Assembly (NCBI GenBank): GCA_965220085.1
Contig: CBDCOZ010000003.1
Location: 640,001-704,000, forward strand
DNA length: 64,000 bases
Origin: Candidatus Oxydemutatoraceae bacterium
GTDB lineage: Bacteria; Pseudomonadota; Gammaproteobacteria; Poriferisulfidales; Oxydemutatoraceae
Direction: 5' to 3'
A program made the position numbers and the translations under genes. The notes beneath the pieces are model-generated. The model made no database searches. It saw nothing but the letters and a program-made list of their open reading frames with translations, and was not told the origin of the DNA. Positions 32,434 to 43,665 of this stretch are shown here, in pieces. The stretch's first letter is position 1, and each line of letters opens with the position of its first letter.

Positions 32434-35159
32434 TACCGCAGCGGCCCCTCCAAGAAGATGCGCAAGCGCAGGCGCAGGTCGCCCCCCAGATGGATGTTCA
32501 TGGTGGCGGGCGCGCTACTCTCCGTGCCATCGCTGACAGTGAATTTAAATGAGTCATAGTTTCGCCCCGCTTCCGCACCGTCCGCCGGGTAGTAAGCGAG
32601 CATGGAGATGTCGGACACAGACACCACGTTGTTTTTGCTCGAGCCGGATGTCAACAGCGCTTCGCCGCCTACCAACAAAGCGCCCTTGTCCGGCGCATCG
32701 GTGATGGTGATACCTTGCAGAGAGTCACCGGTGTCCTCGTCGGCAAACGGGAAGTCGCTCTTCTGAAATGCATGGGGCATCTCCTCGGTGGTCATGGTGG
32801 GCACGGACACTTCGCTGTCTTCGGTCATCGGCGCATCGTTGACATTGGCAACCCGCGCACCAGCGGAACAGAGCGGGCCCTCGTCGGTGTCTATGCCATC
32901 TTTAAATGTCAGGCAGACGCGGATGTATCTGCCCACCTGAGCTTGCCGCGGGGTGAAGGCGGCGGCGGCGGCTCCGGCGATGACGGCGTAGGCGCTGTCC
33001 GCCGGGGCGTTGCCGTTGGCGGGGGCGGCGGCAGATTCCCACTGCCACATCAGGGTTCTGCGGTCTATGCCGTTGCCATCGGTGATGTCGTCGACGGAGG
33101 CGGTCAATTCCGTGTCCTCGTCGTAGGCGGCGCCGGCAACCGCTGTCACCGTCGGCATGCCGGTTGCCGTTGATTGCATGGCCGACACCAGGGCTATGGT
33201 GATGACGGCCTCGTTGCTATCCTTCGCATCCGTGCCGGTTCGGACGCTGTACGTAAATCTGTCATAGTTCGCCGTGGGCGTGGTGGCATCCGCGGCAAGG
33301 ACATAGACCAACTCGATCCCTCCTTCTTCTCCGAGTTGCTCAAATTCTTCCCTTGTGAATGCTGCGGGAACGCTCGTTAAAGTTGCAGCAGTAGCGGTGG
33401 CGGGGCGGCGGAGAGACAGCGTACCGTTGTCAGGCAGACTGACTAATTGCATGTGAACCAAGGCATCCCCGTCCTCGTCGCTAAACGGAAAATCATCCGC
33501 CGAGAAATCATAACTGCGGCCCGCGGCCACGGGGATGGTATTGCCCGGCGCCACCGGCGCATCGGCGACATCGGCGGTCGTGATGGAGGCGGAATAGAGC
33601 GGACCCTCGCTCTCGCCCAGGCCATCGTCAAAGGTGATGCGGACGCGGGTATGCATGCCCACCTGGGCCTGGGTCAGGGCGAAGGCGGCATCGGTGGCCC
33701 CGGTTATGTTGGTCCAGGCGCTGCTTGTCGGCGGCGGGGCCGCGCCATCGACCGGGGCGGCTTGCTGCCACTGCCACCTGACTGTGCCCTCGTCTATGCC
33801 GTTGCGGTCAAATATTATAAAGTTCGTGCCGTCATCGTATGCGGCGGTCAGCACGGTGTGCTGGAGTTGGCTGGCGCCCGAGGGGGTGATGGCTGGCGCA
33901 CCGCCGGCGGGGACCTGGTTGGTGTCTGCCAGACGGATGTTCATGATGGCGGGGCCAGCGCTTACATTGGTTTCTATCTCTTCGCCATTGGCATCCACCC
34001 TAATATCGTCGCCATCGTCCTCCACCCAGAATCTGAACTGGGCGTAGAATGAACCTGTCAAATTATAGCGGTCGGTGACAGGCCTATAGCTGACCGTCGG
34101 ATAGTAGGTGAGGTCGCCAGCCTCAAGTTGCGCCACGGTTACGGTGGTCGGGAGGTTGTTGTCGTTCAGGGTTCCGGTGCCATCCAGAACTAAAGTGCCG
34201 GTGCCCTGGGCGTTGCCACTGTGCGGGCTGGGTATAACGATGTTCACCAACGCATCGCCATCGTCATCGGCGAAGCGAAAGTCGGATGGCTTGAAGACAT
34301 ATGGCTCGTCGGAAGTGGCGTCGGCGCGCACCGCAACACTGCTTCGCTGTGCCACCGGCGCATCGTTGGAGTTGACCACCAGCCCCTCGGTGGTGAGGCA
34401 GAAATTTTCCACGGTGCCAAAGTCATCCGTATAGGTGATACAGCAACGGATGCGATTGCCGACATGTTTCTGGTCGGGGGTAAAAGACAGGATTAGTCTG
34501 CTGGTTTCGGTGAATATCCCGTCGCCGCCATTATCGGCGCTCCAAATATATGTGGCATTGTGGAGACTACTCAAACCGTCGGCGTCGTTTATGCCCTCGG
34601 GTATCAGTCCTATGCCCATGCCCTCTACGAGTGCGCCGGTCAGCGCAGGGGCGCCTTCACCGGTTCCCATGGTAAACATGGGGTTGTCGGGCGGATTATT
34701 GAATCCGGTCACGGCATCGTCTATCCGATGGCATCTCGTCTCGGAATTGGGGGTGGCGGCCATATCCATGAACGTGGCGCAGACCTGCAGATACTTGCCC
34801 ACCTGATCCTGTCGCGGGGTTAAGGTGGCGGTGTTCGCGTTATTGGATCTGGTGGCGGTGATGTCGGTATAGGTGCCGCCGTTGGAGTCGGCCTGGCTCC
34901 ATTGCCAAGTGGCGACGAAGGGGTCTGGCAACCCATCGGTGTCGGCTATGTCGCCCTTGGATGCGGTGATGGCGATGTTCCTGTTGGGGGCGCTGAGCTC
35001 TCTGGCGTAGGATACGGCGGGCTCACCGGTGGCGTTCTGCGCCTGTGCCTGAGCGCAGACAGCGAGCATGGCGAGCACAAAAAGACCGCGCCCGATCATC
35101 GTTGCCCACCCGTATGTGCACAGGGGGGGGGGGGTAGCATTAAAAACTTGTTTATTCAT
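32433..35159 (-). CDS. LEGPLR-family secreted protein 2 (large; cadherin-like and disulfide-bonded repeats); poly-C12 in frame
   Basis: RBS GGAGAG before ATG 35159; G12 at 35123-35134; ...LAVCAQAQA; NDAP / DF.F.D.DGD motifs; ends LRLRLRIFLEGPLR. Confidence 0.88.
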   Translation of the reverse strand: MNKQVFNATPPPLCTYGWATMIGRGLFVLAMLAVCAQAQAQNATGEPAVSYARELSAPNRNIAITASKGDIADTDGLPDPFVATWQWSQADSNGGTYTDITATRSNNANTATLTPRQDQVGKYLQVCATFMDMAATPNSETRCHRIDDAVTGFNNPPDNPMFTMGTGEGAPALTGALVEGMGIGLIPEGINDADGLSSLHNATYIWSADNGGDGIFTETSRLILSFTPDQKHVGNRIRCCITYTDDFGTVENFCLTTEGLVVNSNDAPVAQRSSVAVRADATSDEPYVFKPSDFRFADDDGDALVNIVIPSPHSGNAQGTGTLVLDGTGTLNDNNLPTTVTVAQLEAGDLTYYPTVSYRPVTDRYNLTGSFYAQFRFWVEDDGDDIRVDANGEEIETNVSAGPAIMNIRLADTNQVPAGGAPAITPSGASQLQHTVLTAAYDDGTNFIIFDRNGIDEGTVRWQWQQAAPVDGAAPPPTSSAWTNITGATDAAFALTQAQVGMHTRVRITFDDGLGESEGPLYSASITTADVADAPVAPGNTIPVAAGRSYDFSADDFPFSDEDGDALVHMQLVSLPDNGTLSLRRPATATAATLTSVPAAFTREEFEQLGEEGGIELVYVLAADATTPTANYDRFTYSVRTGTDAKDSNEAVITIALVSAMQSTATGMPTVTAVAGAAYDEDTELTASVDDITDGNGIDRRTLMWQWESAAAPANGNAPADSAYAVIAGAAAAAFTPRQAQVGRYIRVCLTFKDGIDTDEGPLCSAGARVANVNDAPMTEDSEVSVPTMTTEEMPHAFQKSDFPFADEDTGDSLQGITITDAPDKGALLVGGEALLTSGSSKNNVVSVSDISMLAYYPADGAEAGRNYDSFKFTVSDGTESSAPATMNIHLGGDLRLRLRIFLEGPLR

Positions 35160-35408
35160 AGTATCTCTCCAAATGGCTTGTCTGGTGAATACGATTATGC
35201 CACGAGTGTTGGCACTCTTAGTGCTATGTACTCTATCACAAATCATAGTCTTCCTCCTGATGTTCGGTCTTGTCTAACAAATATAGTTATATCGATGAGT
35301 GCCGTACTCTTAGCATTTGTACTCTGCCACAAAGCGCAAGTTATCAAATTTCCATTCATGGGTAGCCTTCCGATAGGGTACTCTTATGTACTGCACTACG
35401 AGTATCGC

Positions 35409-35437
35409 ACTCTATCACAAGCGCGAGCCCTTTGCAA
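35409..35437 (-). promoter_or_regulatory. Putative promoter of LEGPLR gene 2
   Basis: caggcgcTTGCAA-17bp-TAGAGT. Confidence 0.5.
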
Positions 35438-36025
35438 GCGCCTGTTTGATGCCATGACATAGCGGACATTTGGGGCAAATATCGTGTGTGTCACAGGCGC
35501 TTGAAACATCGGCACATAGCGGGATGCGCGGCCTTGAAGCCTCTATCGGCGCAAGGGTTCCGGGGCTTGGTTCGTTATCCGTAGCAATGGCCGCAAGGTG
35601 GTACGTAGCCTTGAAACCCGTGCCGGAACGGGGCGTACGGTGCGCTATGACGGCGGGTCGCGCGCGCCCGGCGCATCTGATCGGGTGCGTCGGCAATCAG
35701 GCGCGCGCGGGCCGGCGAAGCCGCGCATGCCATGGCAACTGATATTTTTGCCCCGCGCATGCCGTGATGAGCGGCTGAGGCGGCAAGCGTCCATGCTGGC
35801 TTTTATGCCGCGTGTCTCCGATAATGTAAGGGCTTCAAGTTTTGGTCGCAAGACTCATGGTTGCCTCCTTTGTGGCGGAAGCAACTATTTTGTGGAAACC
35901 TCTGATGCCGTTGCCGATGTGTTGCTGTTGCGACAACTCGTGTTGAAGCCGGGAATCCGCAATGTTTCCGGCATGATTCAATATCTGTCTCAAGATGTAT
36001 GTAAATATCACGGCTTTATTCTGTT

Positions 36026-37195
36026 ATGCAAACGCCCCGATTGAAAACACCGCCGCCCGCTGAAGGCGGCGATTACAGACGCTCCGTCGCCGCGGGTCGG
36101 CAGTGGCATTGGCTTGCCGACGAGATAAAAAGCCGCGGGCGCGCGCTCGGTTTTGATGCGGTCGGCATTAGCGGGACGGATTTGGCTGCGGACGAAGCGC
36201 GTCTGCTGGAATGGCTTGCGCAGGGAATGCACGGCGATATGGAGTATATGCGGAAGCATGGCGCCAAGCGCAGCCGTCCGTCCGAGTTGATTGCGGGAAC
36301 GGTCAGCGTGATATCGGCGCGGATGAATTATCTGTCGGCGGCGGCGCGCGGTGCCAAGGCGACATTGCGCGCGCCGCAGAAGGCATACATCGCGCGCTAC
36401 GCGTTGGGCCGCGACTATCATCGTTTGATTCGCAAGCGCCTGCAAAAACTCGCCGACTATATCGAGAGTGTCACCGAGGGAGCGCAATGTCGCGCTTTTT
36501 GCGACAGCGCGCCGGTGTTGGAGAAACCGCTGTCACAAAAAGCGGGCATCGCGTGGATGGGCAAGCATACGGTCATGATCGATCGCAAAGCGGGGTCGTG
36601 GTTCTTTCTCGGCGAGCTCTATACCAACCTGCCGCTGCCGGCTTCAAGCGCCGACACAAGGGATTATTGCGGTAATTGTCGGCGTTGCCTTGACGTGTGT
36701 CCGACGCGGGCGATCGTATCGCCGTGGCGGTTGGATGCGAGAAAGTGCATCGCCTATCTGACGATCGAACACAAAGGGTCCATCCCGTTGCAACTGCGGC
36801 CTTTGATTGGCAATCGCATCTATGGCTGCGATGATTGCCAGATTTTCTGCCCGTGGAATCACCGCGTACAACACGCTCGCGAGCCGGATTTTAATCCGCG
36901 CCACGGAATGGATGACGCAGACTTGCTGGAGTTGTTTGCTTGGAGCAAATGGCAGTTTGAACGCCGCTTTGAAGGCTCGCCGATTCGCCGGCTCGGTTAT
37001 GAATGTTGGTTGCGCAATATTGCGGTGGCGATAGGCAACGCGCCCTATAGCGAGAAGCATGTCAGGGCCTTGGCGGCCCGCCGTTGTGATCCGTCGCCTC
37101 TGGTGGCCGAACATGTGCGTTGGGCTTTGCGCGAGCAACTCGGCAAATGCCGTCAATCGGGTCGCAATGACGGTCGCGGGCGGGCTTACTTGTAA
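36026..37195 (+). CDS. queG: Epoxyqueuosine reductase
   Basis: RYALGRDYH, DSAPVLEK, CGNCRRCLDVCPT, YGCDDCQ..CPWN. Confidence 0.95.
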   Translation: MQTPRLKTPPPAEGGDYRRSVAAGRQWHWLADEIKSRGRALGFDAVGISGTDLAADEARLLEWLAQGMHGDMEYMRKHGAKRSRPSELIAGTVSVISARMNYLSAAARGAKATLRAPQKAYIARYALGRDYHRLIRKRLQKLADYIESVTEGAQCRAFCDSAPVLEKPLSQKAGIAWMGKHTVMIDRKAGSWFFLGELYTNLPLPASSADTRDYCGNCRRCLDVCPTRAIVSPWRLDARKCIAYLTIEHKGSIPLQLRPLIGNRIYGCDDCQIFCPWNHRVQHAREPDFNPRHGMDDADLLELFAWSKWQFERRFEGSPIRRLGYECWLRNIAVAIGNAPYSEKHVRALAARRCDPSPLVAEHVRWALREQLGKCRQSGRNDGRGRAYL

Positions 37196-38715
37196 TAGCG
37201 GCCGATCAGCGCGTTCGTCGATGCGTCAAAAGCGGTTGTCTCCGCCTCCTCTTGCAAGGTCTTAAACAGCTCGGCGGAGAGCGCTTTGCCCGCCGCAACC
37301 CCCCATTGATCAAAGGGGTTTATATTCCAAATGACCGCGTTGCAAAAGACCTTGTGTTCGTAGAGCGCTATCAGCGCGCCGAGCGTCTCGGGGGTGAGTT
37401 CCCGCATCAGCAAGGCGGTGTTGGGGCGGTTGCCCGGCAGGTGTTTTTGCGGGTCGGGATCATCGCGCCCGTTCATGAGCAGGTGCGACTGCGCCAGAAA
37501 GTTGGCATACAGTTGTTCGCGGGCCTCGCCTTGTTGCGCGCTTGCGATAAAATCAATCGGTATGAATTGCGTGCCTTGATGCAACAGTTGCCCGAAGGAA
37601 TGCTGCCCCTCAAGCGCCATGCCTCCCCACACCACCGGCGCGGTCGAATAGTTCAGCGCTTCGCCGTCGCGGGAAACCCGTTTGCCGTTGCTTTCCATCT
37701 CCAGTTGCTGGAGATAGACAGGGAATAGTTCCAGTTGTCGTATGTAACTCAATACGGCGCGGCTCTGCGCGCCAAAAAAATTGCCATACCAGATATCTAA
37801 CAACGACAGGATGACCGGAATATTCTGTCGCAACGGTCTGCTGCAAAAGTGGTCGTCCATTTGTTTGGCGCCGGCGAGCAGAGCGGCAAAGGCATCCATG
37901 CCGGCGTGTATTGCGAAGGGCAGTCCGGCGGCGGAGCACAGCGAATAGCGTCCGCCTACCGTCGCCGGAATCAGAAAGCGGTTTTCCGCCAAGATACCCG
38001 ATCGAGCGACAGCCTCCGCGCTGCCGGATATTGCGATGAAGTGTTGGGCGACACTTTGCGGCGCGCCGCCGACCCATTCTCTGGCATAGCGCGCATTGGC
38101 CTTTGATTCCCAACTGGAAAAGCTTTTGGAGGTGACGACGAACAGGGTCCGCTCGGGGTCCAAATGCGCCAATAAGTCCTGCAATTCGTTGCCGCCGACA
38201 GCGGCGACAAAATGCACCCGCACCCGGCTGTCCCCGGTTGCGATGGCGCGACAGGCCATCGCGCAACCGATATGTGATCCGCCGATGCCGATGCAGACCA
38301 CATCGCGTATCGGCTTGCCGCTGTGCCCGAGTTTTTCGCCGGCGCGCAATGTCCGGCTGAGTTGCCGCAGCCGTGACAAAGTGTCTCTGTGTTGCGCCGT
38401 CGCCGGTTGGCTGCGCATCTGCGTATGGGTGGCGCCGCGTTGTTCGCTGGCATTGACTTTTTCGCCGCCGAATAATTTATGCCGCCACGCTTCCAGCCCG
38501 GCTTGCTCCGCCAGCGCGATCAAAAGATCCATGGTTTCGTCCAGCGCTCTGTTTTTTGAATAGTCGACGAGCAGACCGCAGTCTTGGATAACGAATTTTT
38601 TCGCTCTGGCGGGATCTGCGGCAAACATGGCGCGCATGTGCAAGGACGAAACCGAGCGGTAATGCTTGCGCAAAGCATCTGTGCGCGGGGAATTCAAAGC
38701 GGGAATGTTTTGCAT
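37186..38715 (-). CDS. pgi: Glucose-6-phosphate isomerase
   Basis: IGIGGS, VGGRYS, QQLEMESNGK, INPFDQWGV. Confidence 0.95.
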   Translation of the reverse strand: MQNIPALNSPRTDALRKHYRSVSSLHMRAMFAADPARAKKFVIQDCGLLVDYSKNRALDETMDLLIALAEQAGLEAWRHKLFGGEKVNASEQRGATHTQMRSQPATAQHRDTLSRLRQLSRTLRAGEKLGHSGKPIRDVVCIGIGGSHIGCAMACRAIATGDSRVRVHFVAAVGGNELQDLLAHLDPERTLFVVTSKSFSSWESKANARYAREWVGGAPQSVAQHFIAISGSAEAVARSGILAENRFLIPATVGGRYSLCSAAGLPFAIHAGMDAFAALLAGAKQMDDHFCSRPLRQNIPVILSLLDIWYGNFFGAQSRAVLSYIRQLELFPVYLQQLEMESNGKRVSRDGEALNYSTAPVVWGGMALEGQHSFGQLLHQGTQFIPIDFIASAQQGEAREQLYANFLAQSHLLMNGRDDPDPQKHLPGNRPNTALLMRELTPETLGALIALYEHKVFCNAVIWNINPFDQWGVAAGKALSAELFKTLQEEAETTAFDASTNALIGRYYK

Positions 38716-38877
38716 ACAAATATAATACCCTAAGCAAGGCAAATAGACATTGTTTCGGCGTTATCATCCCTTTGCAACGCAACGATAGTCGGTCGCAAGG
38801 CGGCGGGTGTTTTGCAAGAGCAAAACAAGATTTGGTAAAATGAGCAGTTAGTCATAAGAACTTGAACTGATAACAAA

Positions 38878-41688
38878 ATGAAACATACCGACGCCAGGGC
38901 GGACAAACGCCTCCGCACCCGTGTCAAACTACTCGGCAAACTACTCGGCAATGTCATCCGCGAGCAGGGCGGCGAAGAGGCTTTTCGCACCGTCGAATTT
39001 CTCCGCCGCGGGTTTGTCGCCTTGAGCAAAAACAACGACGACAGGCAACGCCGTCGCTTGGCAGAGTTTATTGCGCGCATGGATACGGGCACGACCGAGA
39101 CGGTTGTGCGGGCTTTTTCGACCTATTTCAATCTGATCAATGTCGCGGAAGAAATTGCGCAACACGGTCGCGCGGATCAGGCGCACCAAGACAACTCCAT
39201 ATTTGTCGATGTGAAATCGTTCAAAGCCGTTTTGCAGTCTTTCAAAAGCGCTCAGTTGAAAGCATCGCAGGTGCAATTATTGTTTAACCAGCTTTGCTAT
39301 ATGCCGGTGTTTACCGCGCACCCGACCGAAGCGAGACGGCGCACGACGATGCAGCTCACAGGGCGGATTCTGAGCATGTTGAACCGCTTGGAGCGCACGA
39401 ACAAGGCCGACGAGAAGCGGGACATATCGGAAGCGCTTCAGTGCCTGATACAAGTATTGTGGAAGACCGATGAGATGCGTCTGAGCAAGCCGACTGTGGA
39501 AGCCGAAGTGGTGAACGGGCTGTATTATTTCACCAACTCCTTGTTTGAGTCGGTGCCGAAGACCTACCGCGATCTGGAAGAAGCCGCGAACGAAGTATAC
39601 CCCGATGAGGATATACATGTGCCCGGATTTATCCGCTTCGGTTCGTGGATCGGCGGCGATCGCGATGGCAACCCGCACGTTGTCGCAAAGGTCACCCGCA
39701 AGACAGTCCGCTTACAGAGCGAGGTGGTGTTGAGCGAATACATCAGACGCCTTGACGTGTTGATCGGCGAATTGACTTATTCCGGCAGTTTTGTCGCCCC
39801 GTCCGAAAACTTCATCCTGTTACAAGAAAAAGACCGCGAGTTGGCGCGCTTTGCGTTTTCTGACAAGCCGATCGATTTCATCAAAGAGCCTTACCGCAGA
39901 AAGTTGGCGGTGATGCGCTTTCGGTTGCAGATCACATTGGATTTGAACAACGGTCGGATGCGGGCGCGGACGCAACAATATGCGTACAAGCGCGCGCATG
40001 AATTCCTTGACGAATTGCGGGTGATAGACGAATCTTTGCGCAGCCACGGGGATGCGCGCATCGCCGACGGCAATTTGCGCGACTTGATCCGGCTGGTCGA
40101 AACGTTCGGCTTTCATTTGATGCAGTTGGATATGCGCGAAGAATCCGGGCGGCACGCGATGGCCGTGACCGAGATTATGCGACAGTGGGCGGAGGGAGAC
40201 TACGCGGCGATGTCTCCCGAGCAACGCGCCGAGCTTCTGACGCGCAAGTTGCAAGACGACGCATTGCCGGCGCTGAATGTTCCCGATTTGAGCAAAGATG
40301 CTCGGCGCGTGTTGTCGGTCTTTGATTGTGTCAGCGAGTTGCGCGAGACCTACGGCGCCGAGGCGATCGGCAACTATGTGATTTCAATGACGCACCACCC
40401 GAGCGACATATTGGAAGTCATGTTGCTTGGCAAATTGGCCGGATTGCTCGGCAAAAAGGAAGACGGCGATGTTTTTTGCAATTTGCATATATCGCCTCTG
40501 TTTGAAACGATAGACGACTTGAACCGGATCAGCGCCACCCTCGATTGCCTGTTTTCCAACCGCACCTATGACGATTTTCTCAAGGCTTCGGGCGGCTGGC
40601 AGGAAGTGATGCTGGGGTATTCCGACTCGTGCAAGGACGGCGGCATTCTGTCCTCGACTTGGGGGTTGTATCTGGCGCAAAAAAGCATCATGAGTTTGGT
40701 CGTCAAATACAATGTGTCGTGTCGTCTGTTCCACGGCCGCGGCGGCACGATTGGGCGCGGCGGCGGGCCGACCTATCGTTCCATCGCTTCGCAACCCCCC
40801 GGCACGGTGAACGGTCAGATAAAGATCACCGAGCAAGGCGAAGTGCTGTCGCTGAAATATAACAACAGTCAAACGGCGGTTTATGAATTGTCCACCGCCA
40901 TCGCCGGTTTGTTGTGGTCGAGTCAGCACTATATGTTGCGCGACCGTTTTGATTTGAAAGAGCGACCGAAAGACGACAGCGAATACTTGGAGGTCATGAA
41001 GCGGCTGACCGCGGTGGGCGAACGGACATACCGTCAATTGATAGATGACACCGACGGCATTCTTGACTATTTTTATGAAGCGACGCCGATCAATGAGATC
41101 GGCATGATGAATATCGGGTCGCGCCCGTCGCACCGTCGCCGCAGCGATCGCTCGCGGACTTCGATTCGCGCGATTCCTTGGGTATTTAGCTGGTCTTTGT
41201 CGCGGCATACGTTGCCGGCGTGGTTTGGGCTCGGCAGCGCGTTGCAAGAGTATGTTGAAAATGAGGACGGCAAAGGGATGGCGGGGCTGCGCGAGATGTA
41301 TGCCAACTGGTCGTTTTTCCATAACTTGATCGAGAACACACAGCTGGCTTTGGCGAAGGCCAATATGAATACGGCGAAAGAATACGCCGGTTTGTGTCAG
41401 GACGCGGACAAGGCGCGTGAGATTTTTTCGATCATAGAGGACGAATATGCCAAGACCGTCAAATACGTTCTTGCCGTCAGCGGTTGCGAACGCTTGTTGG
41501 AGCACGAGGAGCCGCAGATGTTGTCGTTGCAACGGCGCGCGCCGTACCTTGACCCGCTCAATTATATTCAAGTGAACCTCTTGAAAAGGCAACGCGAAGG
41601 GACAGCGGACAACGATGCGGACGGTTCGTTGCCGTGCATACTGCGAACGATCAGCGCGTTATCGCTCGGCATGCGCAATACCGGTTAG
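38878..41688 (+). CDS. ppc: Phosphoenolpyruvate carboxylase
   Basis: VFTAHPTE, GGDRDGNP, MLGYSDSCKDGG, FHGRGG, RAIPW, C-terminal MRNTG. Confidence 0.98.
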   Translation: MKHTDARADKRLRTRVKLLGKLLGNVIREQGGEEAFRTVEFLRRGFVALSKNNDDRQRRRLAEFIARMDTGTTETVVRAFSTYFNLINVAEEIAQHGRADQAHQDNSIFVDVKSFKAVLQSFKSAQLKASQVQLLFNQLCYMPVFTAHPTEARRRTTMQLTGRILSMLNRLERTNKADEKRDISEALQCLIQVLWKTDEMRLSKPTVEAEVVNGLYYFTNSLFESVPKTYRDLEEAANEVYPDEDIHVPGFIRFGSWIGGDRDGNPHVVAKVTRKTVRLQSEVVLSEYIRRLDVLIGELTYSGSFVAPSENFILLQEKDRELARFAFSDKPIDFIKEPYRRKLAVMRFRLQITLDLNNGRMRARTQQYAYKRAHEFLDELRVIDESLRSHGDARIADGNLRDLIRLVETFGFHLMQLDMREESGRHAMAVTEIMRQWAEGDYAAMSPEQRAELLTRKLQDDALPALNVPDLSKDARRVLSVFDCVSELRETYGAEAIGNYVISMTHHPSDILEVMLLGKLAGLLGKKEDGDVFCNLHISPLFETIDDLNRISATLDCLFSNRTYDDFLKASGGWQEVMLGYSDSCKDGGILSSTWGLYLAQKSIMSLVVKYNVSCRLFHGRGGTIGRGGGPTYRSIASQPPGTVNGQIKITEQGEVLSLKYNNSQTAVYELSTAIAGLLWSSQHYMLRDRFDLKERPKDDSEYLEVMKRLTAVGERTYRQLIDDTDGILDYFYEATPINEIGMMNIGSRPSHRRRSDRSRTSIRAIPWVFSWSLSRHTLPAWFGLGSALQEYVENEDGKGMAGLREMYANWSFFHNLIENTQLALAKANMNTAKEYAGLCQDADKAREIFSIIEDEYAKTVKYVLAVSGCERLLEHEEPQMLSLQRRAPYLDPLNYIQVNLLKRQREGTADNDADGSLPCILRTISALSLGMRNTG

Positions 41689-41733
41689 GCGCAAGCCGCG
41701 CCCGGCGCTCCGGATGACGGCGACCGCAATCTG

Positions 41734-42123
41734 CTAGGCAATCTTTGACGCTTGCAACGTGATTTTGTTTGCGCTGCGGGTGATTTTATTGTCGTCGTCC
41801 AGATAGAGCAAAGTCGGCTTGTGCAGGCGGGCGGCGGCGGCATCAAGCCGGACATAGGCGCATATGATCACCTGATCATGAACACTCGCTTTGTGTGCGG
41901 CGGCGCCGAGCAATGATATGACGCCCGAATGGGCCTCCGCTGCCAGCGCATAGGTCGTAAAGCGCTCGCCGTTGCTGATGTTGTAGATGTCCAACTGTTC
42001 GTATTCAAGAATGCCGGCATGCGTCAATAGGCGTTTGTCGATCGCGCACGAGCCCTCATAAGTCGGCTTCGTGTGCGTAATCCGCGCGGCATGCAACTTG
42101 GCCTTGAGAAGCGTTAATTCCAT
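41734..42123 (-). CDS. panD: Aspartate 1-decarboxylase
   Basis: KLH.A, YEGSCAID cleavage site, NGERFTTY. Confidence 0.95.
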   Translation of the reverse strand: MELTLLKAKLHAARITHTKPTYEGSCAIDKRLLTHAGILEYEQLDIYNISNGERFTTYALAAEAHSGVISLLGAAAHKASVHDQVIICAYVRLDAAAARLHKPTLLYLDDDNKITRSANKITLQASKIA

Positions 42124-42502
42124 GCGCCATAGGGTATCTTTTTATTGCTTAATTGCAAGCCTTCGGTTGATGCCATGACATTATCGGACGCCTGGGGCAG
42201 ATATTGCGGGTGTCATAGGCGCTAGCCTCAGTCCGTAGCATGCTCCCTTCGCGGGGGCATGAAACCATGACAGGTAGCCTATCCGACGAGCATTCAATGT
42301 CCGCATGTCGGTCGGCAACAGACCCTCCTCAAACTCCGCAAACAGTTTGTGGAACACAAACAACTGAGTTATTTGTGCTCTCATATCGTTTGTGCCTCTT
42401 ATTACCGTGCCTCATTAAATGTTGTTTGTGTGCATACTCCCTGCCCTGTTTCATCCTCTCGCGCCTCATCACGCTCCTCTTCTCCGCCGCAGGGTATTCG
42501 CG

Positions 42503-43373
42503 CTACCGCAACGGGCCTTCTAAGAAGAGACGCAAGCGCAAGCGCACATCGGAAGACACCAGGTTGATGGTCATGGTATGTTGTGCGCTGGATGCCGTGC
42601 CATCGCCATCGCCGACGGTGAATCTGAAGCTGGCAAAGTTGGCGGCGGGGGTGGTGTTGGCCGGGGGATGATACCTGAGGGTGCTGATGACATCCCGGCT
42701 GAGGGAGGTGCCGTCGGTGACCGCCACCTGGGAGCTGCCGCTGGCTCTGGTCAGGGTGCCCTTGCCCGATGCTATGGTTTCAACTATGGTTACGCTGGCC
42801 AGGTCGCTGGTCTCCTCGTCCATGAATGGGAAGTCATCGGCCATGAAAATATATGGATTTTCCGCGGTTGCGGCGGAGGACACATTCACAGAGGCATCGT
42901 CGCTGGTGGGCGCATCATTGACAGCGACCACAGCGGTGGCTATCTGCAGGCATCGATTGTCCGTATTGCCGGCGCTGTCGAGAGTGTCCGCGCAGACCCG
43001 CAGATACTTGCCCACATTGGCCTGCAACGGCGTGAAAGTGCCACCGGCGTGAGCGTAAGTGTAGGTGCCGCCATTGGCGTCGGCCTGAAACCATCTCCAA
43101 GATGTGACGTGGACGTCGGTGGTTGGCGTACTGTCAGGGTCCTCAATGGTGCCCTTGTTGGCGGTGATGGGGGAGTCCTCAGTGGGGACGTTTATGCCGC
43201 TGGCGTAGGTGACGGCGGGTTCCCCGGTGGCGTTGCCCTGCGCCTGCGCTTGAGTGCAGACAACAAACAGCACTGGCAACATCAGCGAGCAGAGGCTACG
43301 CCGAGTTAGTCTTGCCCGCCCATTAGGGGGGGGGGGGGGGGGGGGGGGTAGTATTAAAAGTATTTTGGTTCAT
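42503..43373 (-). CDS. LEGPLR-family secreted protein 3; frameshifted at poly-C23 (phase OFF as assembled)
   Basis: ATG 43373 gives MNQNTFNTTP7 then TAA; one C fewer continues ...RRSLCSLMLPVLFVVCTQAQA into ORF 42503-43282, ending VRLRLRLFLEGPLR. Confidence 0.82.
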
Positions 43374-43665
43374 GTTATTTTGTCGGATCATAATCTTACT
43401 CCAAATAAATGTAGTTGTGCGGTATATGTACACAAGCTAATGAGGCACAAACAATACTCAATTGTTTGTGCCTTCTTGATGAGGCACAAACGGTATAAGA
43501 GCACAAACAACTCAGTTGTTTGTGTGTCCTTAGATTGTTGTTTGTGTGTTTTTAATCTAATTGTCTGTGGTTTCTGCAAATTGTTTGCACTCCATCACTG
43601 TTTGCGCTCCACAAACTGTTTGTGGATTGTTTAATGTTACACCATACCATAAATTCAGTCATTCA

